63,953 bases of DNA, filler included, from 5 parts of 5 records of this genome joined end to end with filler, not necessarily neighbours in it; one strand, 5' to 3'. Counted from the whole stretch's first letter, positions 9,892 through 20,415 are shown. Program-made: numbers and translations. Notes: generated by a model not told the origin, from the letters alone.

Positions 9892-11912
9892 TCCGCCGTT
9901 TTGGCCTTTTTGCCCTGGTCGGGCTTTTGGGCCTTGGCGCGGGGCTGCGCGATGGTTTTGACCGCTGGGTTGATGAAACAGTCGTGCCACCGGTGTTGGT
10001 GGAAACCTCTACCGAAGTGCGGGATCAGCAGGGTGCGTTGATGCGGGTGTTTCCGGTCGAGGATGGCCGGGTGCGGCTGTCTGTGGCGCTCGATCAGGTT
10101 GACCCTCGGTTCATTGCCATGTTGCTTGCCTATGAGGACAAGCGGTTCTATCGGCACAGCGGTGTAGACCCCTTGGCGATACTGCGGGCGGCCGGCCAAG
10201 CGATATGGCAAGGCGAAATCGTCTCTGGTGGATCGACCCTGACAATGCAGGTGGCGCGGTTGTTGGAAAATTCCGGCACCGGGCGTTGGCATGGCAAACT
10301 GCGGCAAATCCGGCTGGCACTGGCGCTGGAACGGCAGTTGGACAAGGATCAAATCCTGTCGCTTTATCTGTTACATGCGCCTTATGGCGGCGCTGTTGAG
10401 GGGGTGCGCGCGGGATCGCTGGCATGGTTTGGCAAGGAACCCGCGCGATTGACCATAGCAGAAGCAGCGCTGCTGGTGGCCTTGCCGCAAGCCCCCGAGG
10501 CGCGGCGCCCCGACCGCCACCCGGCCCGCGCCGATGCGGCCCGCGCCCGTGTCCTGCACCGCACCCAAGCCTCCGCGCAAGACCACCTGCCAGAACTGCC
10601 AGATCGCATGGTGCCTTTTGTCCGTCTGGCGCCGCATCTGACAGATCAGGTCGTGGCGCAAGATCCCTTGCGGCACCGTTTTGATCTGACGTTGGATGCG
10701 CAACTGCAGGCGCAACTGGAAGCACTGGCCGCCCATGCCGTGCGAGGTCAGCCGCGCGGCGTGTCTGCCGCGATGCTGGTGGCAGATCATCGGACGGGGG
10801 CGATACTGGCCTCTGTCGGATCGCCGCAATACGCCGCAATTGGCAGCGCTGCGGGGTTTGTCGATATGACCCGCGCAGTCAGATCGCCGGGATCGACCCT
10901 CAAACCCTTTGTCTATGGATTGGCCTTTGATCAGGGGTTGGCGCATCCCGATACGTTGATCAACGATGCGCCGGTGGCCTTTGGCCGTTACGCGCCGCAG
11001 AATTTTGACGGCCAGTTCCGCGGTGAGTTGACGGTGCGCGAAGCGCTGCAATTGTCTCTGAACATCCCGCCTGTCCTGCTTACTCAAGAGCTGGGCGCGG
11101 CGCGGTTGATGGCGGGCCTGCGGGCGGGCGGCGCGGTGCCGCAATTGCAGGGCAAACCGGGGTTGGCTGTGGCGCTGGGCGGTGTGGGTCTTACGCTGAC
11201 CGATCTGGTACAACTTTACGGCGCTTTGCCGCAGGGCGGGCGGGCCGCGCCGCTCTATGTGATGCAGGGCGGCGCGCAGCCCCCGCGCAACCGGATGATG
11301 AGCCGCGCCGCTGCATGGCAGGTCTCGCATATCCTAGCCAGCATCGCGCCGCCCAGTGGCACCGCCGCCCGTGCCGGGCAGATCGCCTATAAAACCGGCA
11401 CGTCTTATGGGCACAGAGATGCCTGGGCGATTGGTTTTGACGGATCACATGTTATTGGCGTCTGGCTTGGGCGTCCTGATGGCACGCCGGTGCCAGGGGC
11501 CTTTGGCGGTGAACTGGCCGCGCCAATCCTGTTTGAGGCCTTTGGCCGCGTGAAGTCCGCCCCCGATCCTTTGTCCGCGCCGCCCCCCGAGACCCTGATC
11601 CTCAGCACCGCAGCCTTGCCTGCGCCGCTGCAACGGTTCCGCCCGCGCGATGCGGTGTTCGCCGGGGGCGCAAACCGCCCGGTGGTAACCTTTCCGCCGG
11701 ATGGCGCGGTGCTGCGGCGCGGCCTTGATGGTGTGTCCCTGAAGCTGAGGGCCGGGGTGCTGCCCCTGACGGTGTTGGTGGACGGCGCACCGATGGTCAC
11801 CGGATTGCAGCGCCGCGATGTGGTGCTGCCGCTGACATCACCGGGGTTTTCGCGCATTTCGGTGATTGATGCCAAGGGCCGGGCCGCGCAGGTGCAGATC
11901 AGGCTGGACTGA
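9888..11912 (+). CDS. pbpC: Penicillin-binding protein 1C
   Basis: Transglycosylase motifs EDKRFYRHSGVD and GGSTLTMQVAR, transpeptidase SxxK (GSTLKPF) and KTGT. ATGA overlap with the macroglobulin stop. Confidence 0.95.
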   Translation: MIRRFGLFALVGLLGLGAGLRDGFDRWVDETVVPPVLVETSTEVRDQQGALMRVFPVEDGRVRLSVALDQVDPRFIAMLLAYEDKRFYRHSGVDPLAILRAAGQAIWQGEIVSGGSTLTMQVARLLENSGTGRWHGKLRQIRLALALERQLDKDQILSLYLLHAPYGGAVEGVRAGSLAWFGKEPARLTIAEAALLVALPQAPEARRPDRHPARADAARARVLHRTQASAQDHLPELPDRMVPFVRLAPHLTDQVVAQDPLRHRFDLTLDAQLQAQLEALAAHAVRGQPRGVSAAMLVADHRTGAILASVGSPQYAAIGSAAGFVDMTRAVRSPGSTLKPFVYGLAFDQGLAHPDTLINDAPVAFGRYAPQNFDGQFRGELTVREALQLSLNIPPVLLTQELGAARLMAGLRAGGAVPQLQGKPGLAVALGGVGLTLTDLVQLYGALPQGGRAAPLYVMQGGAQPPRNRMMSRAAAWQVSHILASIAPPSGTAARAGQIAYKTGTSYGHRDAWAIGFDGSHVIGVWLGRPDGTPVPGAFGGELAAPILFEAFGRVKSAPDPLSAPPPETLILSTAALPAPLQRFRPRDAVFAGGANRPVVTFPPDGAVLRRGLDGVSLKLRAGVLPLTVLVDGAPMVTGLQRRDVVLPLTSPGFSRISVIDAKGRAAQVQIRLD

Positions 11913-11964
11913 CCTCGGCGCAGCTGTCACCAGTGGCACGTTAGTCCAAATCAAGAGCCCCCGC

Positions 11965-12882
11965 ATGTCCCTCGCCCTGTCTGTTCTGCCGCTGATCCTG
12001 ATCATCGCTCTGGGGTATCTGCTGGCCAAAAGTGAAGTGCTGCCCAAGGCGGATTGGAAAGGCATCGAAACGCTGAGTTTTCGGGTGTTGATCCCTGCGG
12101 TTTTGATCCTGACCTTGTCTCGCACAGATTTGTCTTTCGCGCTTTATGGCGGTGTCATGCAGGGGTTTCTGCTCACGTGGGCGGTGATCGCTATTCTGGC
12201 GTTGATGCTGCGCCTGTTGCCGCGGGCGTGGCTTGCCAACCCCGGTTTCACCACGATCTTTCAGGCAGGCACCCGCTGGAACGCTTTTGTCGCCCTCGCC
12301 GCAGCAGAGCAATTTTTGGGCGGCTCCGGGCTTGGTGTGATCGCCATCGCGATTGCGCTGTTGATCCCGACGATCAACGTGACCTGCATCATCGTCCTGA
12401 CGGCATTTGGCCCGCAATCAGCCAGCGCAGGACAGGTGATCAAGACCGTCGCCAAAAACCCGCTGGTCCAGGCCTGCGCGGTAGGCCTGATTGTCTATTT
12501 CAGCGGTATCACCCTGCCAATTCCGGTGATCGAAGCCCTCGATATGGTGGGCAGAGGTGCTTTGGCCGTCGGGTTGCTCGCCGTCGGAGCAGGCGTCAGT
12601 TTTCGGCGCTTGGGGCGCTGGGATTGGCGGTTGGGCACCGCCGTTTTGTTGCGGCCGCTGCTGGCCCCCGCCGTGTTCGCGACCATCGCGGCGACGCTGG
12701 GCCTGAGCCCCGAACAGACCTTGGCCGGAGTTCTGGTCTTTGCCGCACCTGCCGCATCGAATGGATACATCGTGGCCAAGCAGATGGGCGGGGATGCTGA
12801 CCTTTATGCGGATGTGCTGACGTGGCAAACCGTCCTGTCTTTGGCGGTGTTGCCGCTTTGGGCGGGCTATCTTCTGGGCTGA
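11965..12882 (+). CDS. AEC (auxin efflux carrier) family transporter
   Basis: About 10 hydrophobic segments. Motifs FQAGTRWNAF, KNPLV and YIVAKQMGGDA are typical of alphaproteobacterial AEC permeases. Confidence 0.88.
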   Translation: MSLALSVLPLILIIALGYLLAKSEVLPKADWKGIETLSFRVLIPAVLILTLSRTDLSFALYGGVMQGFLLTWAVIAILALMLRLLPRAWLANPGFTTIFQAGTRWNAFVALAAAEQFLGGSGLGVIAIAIALLIPTINVTCIIVLTAFGPQSASAGQVIKTVAKNPLVQACAVGLIVYFSGITLPIPVIEALDMVGRGALAVGLLAVGAGVSFRRLGRWDWRLGTAVLLRPLLAPAVFATIAATLGLSPEQTLAGVLVFAAPAASNGYIVAKQMGGDADLYADVLTWQTVLSLAVLPLWAGYLLG

Positions 12883-12953
12883 GTTTTGCCCAAGCTGCGC
12901 CAAGACGGATCGCGGACATTGCCCCGCTCCCCGGTGCTGGATAGAACCTCGGT

Positions 12954-13604
12954 ATGAAACGCATTTTATCTCTGCTGTTCACACTTGTGATGGCACAGCC
13001 CCTTGGCGCGCATCCGCATGTGTTCATCGACACCGGGTTGACCCTTGCTTTTGGCCCGGAAGGGCGGTTGCAGCGGGTCAAAGTGATCTGGATCTATGAT
13101 GCATTTTATTCGCTATTGATCACTCAAGACATGGATCTGGATCAGGACGGAGATGGGTTGCTGAACCCGGATGAAAAGGCTGAACTCACCGGCTTTGACA
13201 TGCAATGGGTGGAGGGGTTCAACGGCGATCTGGTGATCACACAAGAGGGGCGCGAACTGGCCCTGTCAGGACCACAGGACGTGACCGCAACCTTTGTCGA
13301 GGGCCAAATCGTGACGACCCATTGGCGCGATGTGACCCAGAACACCGCAGGCAGCGGCACATATGAAGTCACACCCTATGACGCCAGCTATTACACAGCA
13401 TACGAAGTGACGCTGCCCGTAGAGATTTTAGGCGCGGATCAATGCCGCAGCCGCATTGCGATGCCTGACATCACCGCCGACCTTGATGCCTTGCGTCAGG
13501 AACTGTTTGCCCTCGACCGCCAAACCCAACCCGAGGACGCAGGGCTGCCGAATATTGGCGCAAGGTTCGCCGACAAAGTGGTGGTGACATGCGCCTCCTC
13601 CTGA
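12954..13604 (+). CDS. DUF1007 family periplasmic metal-binding protein
   Basis: Signal peptide followed by HPHVFID, an EF-hand-like DQDGDGLLNPDE loop and YDASYY. Overlaps the downstream NiCoT/RcnA-like gene. Confidence 0.88.
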   Translation: MKRILSLLFTLVMAQPLGAHPHVFIDTGLTLAFGPEGRLQRVKVIWIYDAFYSLLITQDMDLDQDGDGLLNPDEKAELTGFDMQWVEGFNGDLVITQEGRELALSGPQDVTATFVEGQIVTTHWRDVTQNTAGSGTYEVTPYDASYYTAYEVTLPVEILGADQCRSRIAMPDITADLDALRQELFALDRQTQPEDAGLPNIGARFADKVVVTCASS

Positions 13605-14518
13605 GTTTGACCGCCGCTGCGGTGCTTGCGCTGTTGCTGGCGCTTTGGGCGATGGGGGGTGTTGATGCCGTCGGCCAATGGGCCGCCGTGCAGCAACGCG
13701 GCTTTCAGAACACCATCGCCCTAGCGCTGCGGGCCGCTCGCGCGGGCGAAAGCGGTGCCGTGATTGCCTTGCTCGGCGCCTGTTTCGCCTATGGTCTGGC
13801 CCATGCGGCAGGGCCGGGGCATGGCAAGGTCTTGATCGGCGGATATGGATTTGGCCGCGCTGTGCCGATGCTGCGGCTGTCAGTGATCGCGCTTTTGGCC
13901 TCATTGGGGCAGGCTGTGACGGCGGTGGCTTTGGTCTATGCTGGCGTTCTGATCCTGAACCTAGGCCGTGACCGCATGATCGGGATCACGGAACAGATTA
14001 TGGCGCCGGTCAGCTATGGCGCCATTGCCCTGATCGGGCTTTGGCTTTTGTGGCGTGGTTTGCGCAGGATGATGGGGCGGCGCGAAACCCACACCCACGG
14101 TCACGACCACGCCCACAGTCACGACCATAACCACGATCACGGTGCAGAGGTCTGCGGCCATTGCGGACATGCTCATGGTCCGACCCTGGAACAAGTCGGG
14201 AAAGCAAATGATCTGCGAGCCGCCTTGGCTTTGATTGCCGGGATTGCCGTGCGCCCCTGCACGGGCGCGCTGTTTGTCCTGATCATCACCTGGCAAATGG
14301 GCATCGGGCCGCTGGGCGTTGCGGGCGCATTTGTCATGGCCTTTGGAACCGCTTTGATCACAATTGCCGTGGGGCTGGCCGCCGCCGGTTTGCGGGGCGG
14401 ATTGCTGGCGGGTCTCGCCGGATCGACCCGTCTGGCGCAGGTTGCATCGGTGGTCGAAACCCTTGCCGGTGCTGTGGTTTTTGCAATTGCCCTTACATTG
14501 CTCCTCCGGGCGCTCTGA
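13589..14518 (+). CDS. Nickel/cobalt transporter family protein (RcnA/NicO-like) with His-rich loop
   Basis: Motifs YGLAHAAGPGHGK and AVRPCTGA, with His-rich loop THTHGHDHAHSHDHNHDH followed by CGHCGHAH. Confidence 0.9.
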   Translation: MRLLLSLTAAAVLALLLALWAMGGVDAVGQWAAVQQRGFQNTIALALRAARAGESGAVIALLGACFAYGLAHAAGPGHGKVLIGGYGFGRAVPMLRLSVIALLASLGQAVTAVALVYAGVLILNLGRDRMIGITEQIMAPVSYGAIALIGLWLLWRGLRRMMGRRETHTHGHDHAHSHDHNHDHGAEVCGHCGHAHGPTLEQVGKANDLRAALALIAGIAVRPCTGALFVLIITWQMGIGPLGVAGAFVMAFGTALITIAVGLAAAGLRGGLLAGLAGSTRLAQVASVVETLAGAVVFAIALTLLLRAL

Positions 14519-14536
14519 CGCAGCAGGTCATTGTGA

Positions 14537-14992
14537 TCAGGGCGGCTGGCCTTCCAGCCTTAGGATCATTCCGTGCTTTTCGTCGGCGTTGTATCCCAAG
14601 CGTTCGTAGAAGCCTTTGGCGTCATTGTCCCGCCCGGTCAGCAGCATGATCTTGTAGGCGCTTGCGGCCTGCGCGGTTTCGGCAAGCGCGGCCATCACCG
14701 CCCGAGCGCAGCCTTTGCCCCGCGCGTCCGGTAAGGTCACGACATTTTCAATCAGCCCAAAGGGACGACCATGATAGGTCATGTTTGGCATCAAATGCAG
14801 GGTCGCCATGCTCACGATGCGGCCTGACTGCGCGGCCCCCATCACTGTGGTGCCTGGATGGCTGAGCAGTTGGGCAAATGCGCCAAGACCGTCTTCGAAA
14901 CTGATCAGACTTTCGCCCGTGGAAAGCGCCGCGTAGAGTTGCCGTGCATCGGCATAGTCGGAGACGGTCAAAGGACGGCAAGACAACGTCAC
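14537..14992 (-). CDS. GNAT family N-acetyltransferase
   Basis: Motif A IENVVTLPDARGKGCA and C-terminal GFYERLGY. GTG start overlaps the upstream stop (GTGA), with GGGAGG RBS. Confidence 0.88.
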   Translation of the reverse strand: MTLSCRPLTVSDYADARQLYAALSTGESLISFEDGLGAFAQLLSHPGTTVMGAAQSGRIVSMATLHLMPNMTYHGRPFGLIENVVTLPDARGKGCARAVMAALAETAQAASAYKIMLLTGRDNDAKGFYERLGYNADEKHGMILRLEGQPP

Positions 14993-17031
14993 CGCCGCCC
15001 CTCCCGCAGCCAGCCAGCGGTGATTAACCCAATTGCCAAAATCAGAACCAACCATGGCGGCAGGATTGGCGTTTGTCGCACATCCAATGTCTCATAGGCG
15101 CCGCGCGGTGTCAGGCCGACCCAGCCGCGCCCTGCCGCCGGACGGCCCGCCCGCACATTGCGCAGGCGCGGCACGCCATCTTCAATCCGGGCAACACCGC
15201 CGCGCAACGCAGAAACAGCCGGCTGTAGCGCCTCTTCACTTGCAATGGTCTCGACAAACTCGCGCGGGGCGGCAGGGCCAAGCCCGATAACAGCGTCCTG
15301 ATCCCCATTCACCAGCCGGTAGAGGCCAATTTCCGGCCCCTGAAAACGGCCTTCAAAGGTGCCGGGCGCGGTCTGGGTCAAGGTGATCTCGCTGCTGTTG
15401 CCCGCAGGATCGGTGACCGTCACGGGGGGTACGGTTTCGCCCAAGGTGCGGCGCAGAATGCGCATGTTTTGCCCCTCCGCAGTGGCGGTCAGGGCTTCTT
15501 CTTCAAGTTCCGGCTCTTTCATCATCCAGTGGGCCAAGCGGCGCAGCAGCTCCAGTTGCGGACCACCACCCTCGTATCCACGGCTCCATAGCCAGGCGTG
15601 ATCGGAGGCCAGCAGCGCAACCCGCCCTTCATTGACCCGGTTCAGCACCAGCAAGGGACGCCCGTCGATACCCTCCATCACAACATGCCCTTGGGGATCA
15701 ACGACATCAATCTGGCGCAGCCAACGGCCCCAATCACCATTGCCGGGCAGGTCCACTGTCACAGGGTGGCGTTTGCCCAGATCCGTGACCTGAGGCAGAT
15801 AAGGATCTTCAATCACACGCGCCGTTGGGGTCGCAGGCAGCACAGAGCCCAAAGGCGAGCGAAAGATGCTGTCTGCGCTGGCAAAGTCAGGACCAGCCGC
15901 TACCAAAACGGCACCGCCCTGCCGGATGTAGTTGGCCACATTGTCGAGATAAAGCGCAGGCAAGATGCCGCGCCGCTTGTAGCGGTCAAAGATGATCAGA
16001 TCGAAATCGTCGATCTTGTCCATGAACAATTCGCGGGTGGGAAAGGCGATCAGAGAAAGTTCATTCACCGGCACGCCATCTTGCTTTTCAGGGGGGCGCA
16101 GAATGGTGAAATGCACCAGATCCACCGAACTGTCGGATTTGAGCAGATTGCGCCATGTGCGCCCGCCGGGATGCGGCTCGCCGCTGACCAGCAGAACCCG
16201 CAAGCGGTCGCGCACACCGTTCATCTGGATCAACGCGGCATTGTTGCGGTCGGTCAGCTCGCCCTCTGCCTCGGGCAGGGAAAAGCGGATGACGTTGCGC
16301 CCGCCATGGGGCAGGGTCACGGGCAGGTCCAGATCCTGTCCAATCGGCACCCGGAAGCTTTGAGCCGGTTCGCCGTCAATCGAGATGTCCAGCACCGCCA
16401 GTTCCTGCCCCGCAGGTGCCGCGCCCAGATCATCAATGCGCAATGTCAGGGTCACAGGCTCGCCAATGATCGCAAAGGCAGGGGCGTTGCGCACGGTCAA
16501 CCGGCGGTCCCAATCAGAGGATTGCCCGGACAGGATCAGATGCATCGGCGCGGGCAGGTCCACGGGCAAATCGGCGTCATGAATGCGCCCGTCGCTCAGC
16601 GCGAGTATCCCCGCCACGCGGGCAGAGGGTTCTTCGGCCAATGCATCCGCCAGCGCGGTCATCAGCTCGGTTCCGGCATCGCCCTCGCCATCACCCACCG
16701 TGATGCGGCGCAATTCCGTGTTCGGGCGGGCCACCACTGCCGCAGCAAGGGCATCAGCCGCGGTTTGTGTTTGATTTGCGCGGGTGCCCAGCTGCTGACT
16801 TGCGCTTTCGTCCGAAACCATCAGCACAATGTCATTGAGCGGTGCGCGGTCTTCTTGTTGATAGGACGGGCCTACCAATGCGCCCAGGACGACCAGAGCG
16901 GCCAAAGCCCGCAGCGGCCAGCCGTTCAATCCGCGCAGGATGGCAAGAATGATCCCGACCAAAGCCACGATGACAACAACCAACAAAAGCGGCAGCGGAA
17001 TCAGCGGGTCAAAAACAAGTGTTGCGGTCAT
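14989..17031 (-). CDS. Membrane-anchored protein with vWA-like and class I glutamine amidotransferase-like domains (MoxR/DUF58/DUF4159 operon type)
   Basis: N- and C-terminal TM helices. Conserved alphaproteobacterial block RVLLVSGEPHPGGRTWRNLLKSD...DLVHFTILRPPEKQDGVP. Coupled to the DUF4159 gene upstream. Confidence 0.75.
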   Translation of the reverse strand: MTATLVFDPLIPLPLLLVVVIVALVGIILAILRGLNGWPLRALAALVVLGALVGPSYQQEDRAPLNDIVLMVSDESASQQLGTRANQTQTAADALAAAVVARPNTELRRITVGDGEGDAGTELMTALADALAEEPSARVAGILALSDGRIHDADLPVDLPAPMHLILSGQSSDWDRRLTVRNAPAFAIIGEPVTLTLRIDDLGAAPAGQELAVLDISIDGEPAQSFRVPIGQDLDLPVTLPHGGRNVIRFSLPEAEGELTDRNNAALIQMNGVRDRLRVLLVSGEPHPGGRTWRNLLKSDSSVDLVHFTILRPPEKQDGVPVNELSLIAFPTRELFMDKIDDFDLIIFDRYKRRGILPALYLDNVANYIRQGGAVLVAAGPDFASADSIFRSPLGSVLPATPTARVIEDPYLPQVTDLGKRHPVTVDLPGNGDWGRWLRQIDVVDPQGHVVMEGIDGRPLLVLNRVNEGRVALLASDHAWLWSRGYEGGGPQLELLRRLAHWMMKEPELEEEALTATAEGQNMRILRRTLGETVPPVTVTDPAGNSSEITLTQTAPGTFEGRFQGPEIGLYRLVNGDQDAVIGLGPAAPREFVETIASEEALQPAVSALRGGVARIEDGVPRLRNVRAGRPAAGRGWVGLTPRGAYETLDVRQTPILPPWLVLILAIGLITAGWLREGRR

Positions 17032-17314
17032 TGGCCCAACCGATCGAGCAAGGCAGGCACATGTACCTGATCCGATTTGTAATTTCCGGTCAGCACATGC
17101 ATCACCAGATTAACGCCAAAGCGGTTGGCAAGTTCGCGCTGGCGCTCCCCGGCATAGCCGCGACCGACCGGCAGCAATGGCGCACCGTCGCTGCGCACGG
17201 CCCATGCCGCCGCCCAGTCATTGCCGCCGATCACCACCGGCGTCACCCCGTCATTGAGGTTTCGAAATGGCATCCCTTCGATGCGTTCGGCATCGGGCGG
17301 CGCGGCCTCGACCC
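17028..17314 (-). CDS. DUF4159 domain protein, C-terminal fragment (contig-truncated)
   Basis: NDGVTPVVIGGNDWAAAWA...RFGVNLVMHVLTGNYKSDQVHVPALLDRLGQ is the typical C-terminus of this family. Confidence 0.85.
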
Positions 17315-17414
17315 NNNNNNNNNNNNNNNNNNNNNNNNNNNNNNNNNNNNNNNNNNNNTTAATTAATTAANNNNNNNNNNNNNNNNNNNNNNNNNNNNNN
17401 NNNNNNNNNNNNNN
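17315..17414. other. Artificial contig spacer (N44-TTAATTAATTAA-N44)
   Basis: N runs flank a six-frame stop linker, and genes are truncated on both sides. Confidence 0.99.
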
Positions 17415-17416
17415 GA

Positions 17417-18460
17417 ACGTTCAGTATTGGCTTTGATGAGCCGGGCTTCAATGAGGCAGAGCATGCCGCAGAGGTTGCCCGTCATCTGGGAACCGAACAC
17501 ACAGAGTTGTACGTAACTCCCAGGGATGCGCTTGACCTAGTGCCCCGTTTGCCAGATCTCTATGACGAGCCTTTCGCGGATTCCTCGCAGTTGCCTACTT
17601 TTCTTGTCAGCCAGATGACACGGAAGCATGTCACGGTTGCATTGTCAGGTGATGGCGGAGATGAGTTGTTCTGTGGCTACACTCGGTATCCCTCGGTTCA
17701 TAACCGTTGGCGGAGCCGAACCAAGCCGGCCGGTGTCGCCCGGCGCTGGTTATCCCGCTTACCAGAGGGTGCAACGGCTCAGGCGATCCGGACTCTGGTG
17801 CCTTCCCAGCGAGGTCGGTCGACGCTGGCGATTCGTCATCGCCTCAAAGCGGAGCGTGCACTGGCCTCGGCCGCGGATCTGTCAGATTTCTATCGGCAGT
17901 CTGTCTCTTTCTGGAATGAGCCCGAGTGTTTTCGGAGGGACGTTCAGGAACCCACATATGGTCTGACTCAGGCAATCCCGCACGCTATTCCCCCCGACGG
18001 ATTGAAAGCGTTGATGTGGCGTGATCTGAATTGGTATCTGCCCGATGACATTCTGGTGAAGGTCGACCGGGCAGCGATGGCCTGTAGCCTTGAAACCAGG
18101 ATACCGATGTTAGACCCGAAGGTGGTTTCCTTCGCGCTGTCGTTACCGTTGAGCTATAACCTTAATGGCGGCGTTGGCAAGCAGGTACTGCGTAGTGTTT
18201 TGTATCGCCACGTGCCAAAGGGCTTGGTGGACAGGCCCAAGCAGGGGTTTGCGGTGCCCGTGGGGCAATGGTTACGGGGCCCACTGCGCCCCTGGGCGGA
18301 GGCGCTGCTGCAACCGTCTGTCTTTGACAAGCAGGACTATCTGGACCGCTCAGTTGTGAATGCCTATTGGCAGGAGCACCTCAAAGGGCGGGAGGATTAC
18401 TCTGCAGAGCTATGGGGCATTCTGATGTTTCTGGCATGGCTGGAGCCAACGGGTGGCTGA
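17417..18460 (+). CDS. asnB: Asparagine synthase (glutamine-hydrolysing)-like amidotransferase, EPS-associated, 5'-truncated
   Basis: Motifs TFSIGFDE, YDEPFADSSQLPT, VALSGDGGDELF, YLPDDILVKVDRAAMACSLETRIP and RPKQGFAVP. Confidence 0.93.
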   Translation, partial: TFSIGFDEPGFNEAEHAAEVARHLGTEHTELYVTPRDALDLVPRLPDLYDEPFADSSQLPTFLVSQMTRKHVTVALSGDGGDELFCGYTRYPSVHNRWRSRTKPAGVARRWLSRLPEGATAQAIRTLVPSQRGRSTLAIRHRLKAERALASAADLSDFYRQSVSFWNEPECFRRDVQEPTYGLTQAIPHAIPPDGLKALMWRDLNWYLPDDILVKVDRAAMACSLETRIPMLDPKVVSFALSLPLSYNLNGGVGKQVLRSVLYRHVPKGLVDRPKQGFAVPVGQWLRGPLRPWAEALLQPSVFDKQDYLDRSVVNAYWQEHLKGREDYSAELWGILMFLAWLEPTGG

Positions 18461-19520
18461 AATCAAACCCTATGATGATCAACGCCATCGGGAGCAGGTG
18501 CTGAACCTGTTTGCTGATGTGGCGTTCAAACGTGATATCTGGAGTTATCAGTTCCAGGAGAATCCTGGTGCGCGTGATCGTGGCTTTGCTCCGGTGGTGG
18601 CGGAGGAGAACGGTTCGGTTGTCGGCTTCAACGGGGTTGTGCCGGTAAGTATTCTATGGAATGGCCGGCTAACACAGGCCATGTGGAGCTGCGACTTCAA
18701 GGTGTCTGAGCGCCAGCGAGGAAAGGGCGTAGGCCGGCTGATCAAAGTAGAGTTGGCACAACGCTCTCCTATTCTTATGTCGTTTGGCATCAGCCCGGTC
18801 GCCGCCATTGTATTGCAGCGGATGGGTTGGCGTGCCAGCGACCAGGTGCATTTTCTTCGTAAAATCCGTCAGCCTCGTAGCGCTCGTGACTGGGCTTTGA
18901 TGCTTCTGCAATTTTGCACTCGACTGGTTAATCGCCCAGTGCAGAGCCGACACATGCGTGCGTCTCTCCTGCAGCAATTGCTACCCAGAGAACAGATTGA
19001 TGAGTTGTGGGCGGCAGTTGCGCAAGGCTACGACAAGGTTGTTGTGAGAGACTGGGCTTACCTTGACTGGCGCTATCAGCGGCATCCGTTTGCACAGTAC
19101 TTATTTCTGGAAGTACGGGACGAGAATGATTCCCTGAAAGCTCTGGGAGTTGTCCGTGCGGATGACCGACAGGTTCGGCTGGTCGATTACATCGGGCCAG
19201 CAGCATCAGCAGCGCTGAAGTCGGCGGTTGTAGAGGCAATGTTGCGGGAATGGCCGAATGCAGCCTCTTATTCTGCCATGACGTCTGATTTGGAGCTGAA
19301 GCAGGTCATGAAAGCGCACGGGTTCTATCAAGGTCGTGAGCAACCCCGATTTTTTGTGTGGGAATCACCACAGCGAGTTTCGTCAAGCGGAGATTGCACC
19401 AGCGGCTGGTTCATTATGGGGGGGGATTCTGATGGCGAACTGCTGCAGTCTGCCCGGGAAGCGTGGAATGAAGAACGTATTAACAAGGACGATAACGGAT
19501 GTCGGCTAAAGACCCTTTGA
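18453..19520 (+). CDS. GNAT-fold protein (EPS-associated acyltransferase-like)
   Basis: CDFKVSERQRGKGVG acetyl-CoA loop, RDWAYLDWRYQRHP motif and C-terminal GDSD. GTG start overlaps the asnB end. Confidence 0.75.
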   Translation: MAEIKPYDDQRHREQVLNLFADVAFKRDIWSYQFQENPGARDRGFAPVVAEENGSVVGFNGVVPVSILWNGRLTQAMWSCDFKVSERQRGKGVGRLIKVELAQRSPILMSFGISPVAAIVLQRMGWRASDQVHFLRKIRQPRSARDWALMLLQFCTRLVNRPVQSRHMRASLLQQLLPREQIDELWAAVAQGYDKVVVRDWAYLDWRYQRHPFAQYLFLEVRDENDSLKALGVVRADDRQVRLVDYIGPAASAALKSAVVEAMLREWPNAASYSAMTSDLELKQVMKAHGFYQGREQPRFFVWESPQRVSSSGDCTSGWFIMGGDSDGELLQSAREAWNEERINKDDNGCRLKTL

Positions 19521-20380
19521 TCACTATTATCACTCCTACCTATAACCGTGCAGAGTTCATTCTGCAGGCGGTTGAGAGTGTGATGGGGCAGACGTACGGA
19601 AACTTTGAATTTCTGATCGTCGATGACGGTTCAACGGATAATACGGTGGAACTGCTTGAACCCTACCTGCAGGATGAACGCGTCCGTCTGTTCCAGCAGG
19701 AAAACCAGGGGCAGAGTGTGGCCCGAAATGTGGCTCTGGCGGAGGCGTCCGGCGACTTCATATGCTTCCTGGATTCGGATAACTATTGGCCGCTTGATAA
19801 GCTGGAGAAACAAGTCAGGGTTTTTGAACAGCATCCGGAAGTGGATGTGCTATATGGCGATAATGTGATTATCAACGAACAGGGTGCTGAGATCAGCCGC
19901 AAGAATATGTCGCGTTATTCGGGACGCATTGCCGCGAGGATGATTCGGGACAACTGTGTTGCCATGAACACCACAATGGCAAGGCGCCGCTGCTTTGATG
20001 AGATGGGCGGCATGAGCGGAAAACGACGTGTGGCTGACGACTATGATTTGTGGCTACGGTTTTCCGCCCGGTATCAGTTTCGCTATGAGCCGGAATACTG
20101 GGCCTGGTATCGAGTGATGGAAGATCAGATTTCGTCGGATAAAACACAGCGGTTCCGGGTCAATGAAGCCATCATTCGCGACTTTCGCCGAGAGTATCCT
20201 GAGGCCCTCAGTGCGAGTGAATTCGATAAGGGATTTGCCCATTTCTACATCAGGAAGGGGCGTTACCTGGGCGCCGTGGGTAAAAAGCTTGCGGGCATTA
20301 AAGAAATCATGAAAGCGCTGAAGTATGCGCCGGCAGAAACTAACGTCTGGCGAGCGCTGCTTGCGGTAGCACTGAAATAA
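19499..20380 (+). CDS. Glycosyltransferase family 2
   Basis: Motifs IITPTYNR, IVDDGSTD, NQGQSVARN, FLDSD and ADDYDLWLR. Confidence 0.93.
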   Translation: MSAKDPLITIITPTYNRAEFILQAVESVMGQTYGNFEFLIVDDGSTDNTVELLEPYLQDERVRLFQQENQGQSVARNVALAEASGDFICFLDSDNYWPLDKLEKQVRVFEQHPEVDVLYGDNVIINEQGAEISRKNMSRYSGRIAARMIRDNCVAMNTTMARRRCFDEMGGMSGKRRVADDYDLWLRFSARYQFRYEPEYWAWYRVMEDQISSDKTQRFRVNEAIIRDFRREYPEALSASEFDKGFAHFYIRKGRYLGAVGKKLAGIKEIMKALKYAPAETNVWRALLAVALK

Positions 20381-20415
20381 AAACAATGATGAATAAGACA
20401 GGGAAGTAAGCAGTC

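Noticed and set aside
14087-14140. Periodic CAC-containing repeat
   Set aside because: It encodes the His-rich loop of the transporter and is not a CRISPR array or independent repeat.
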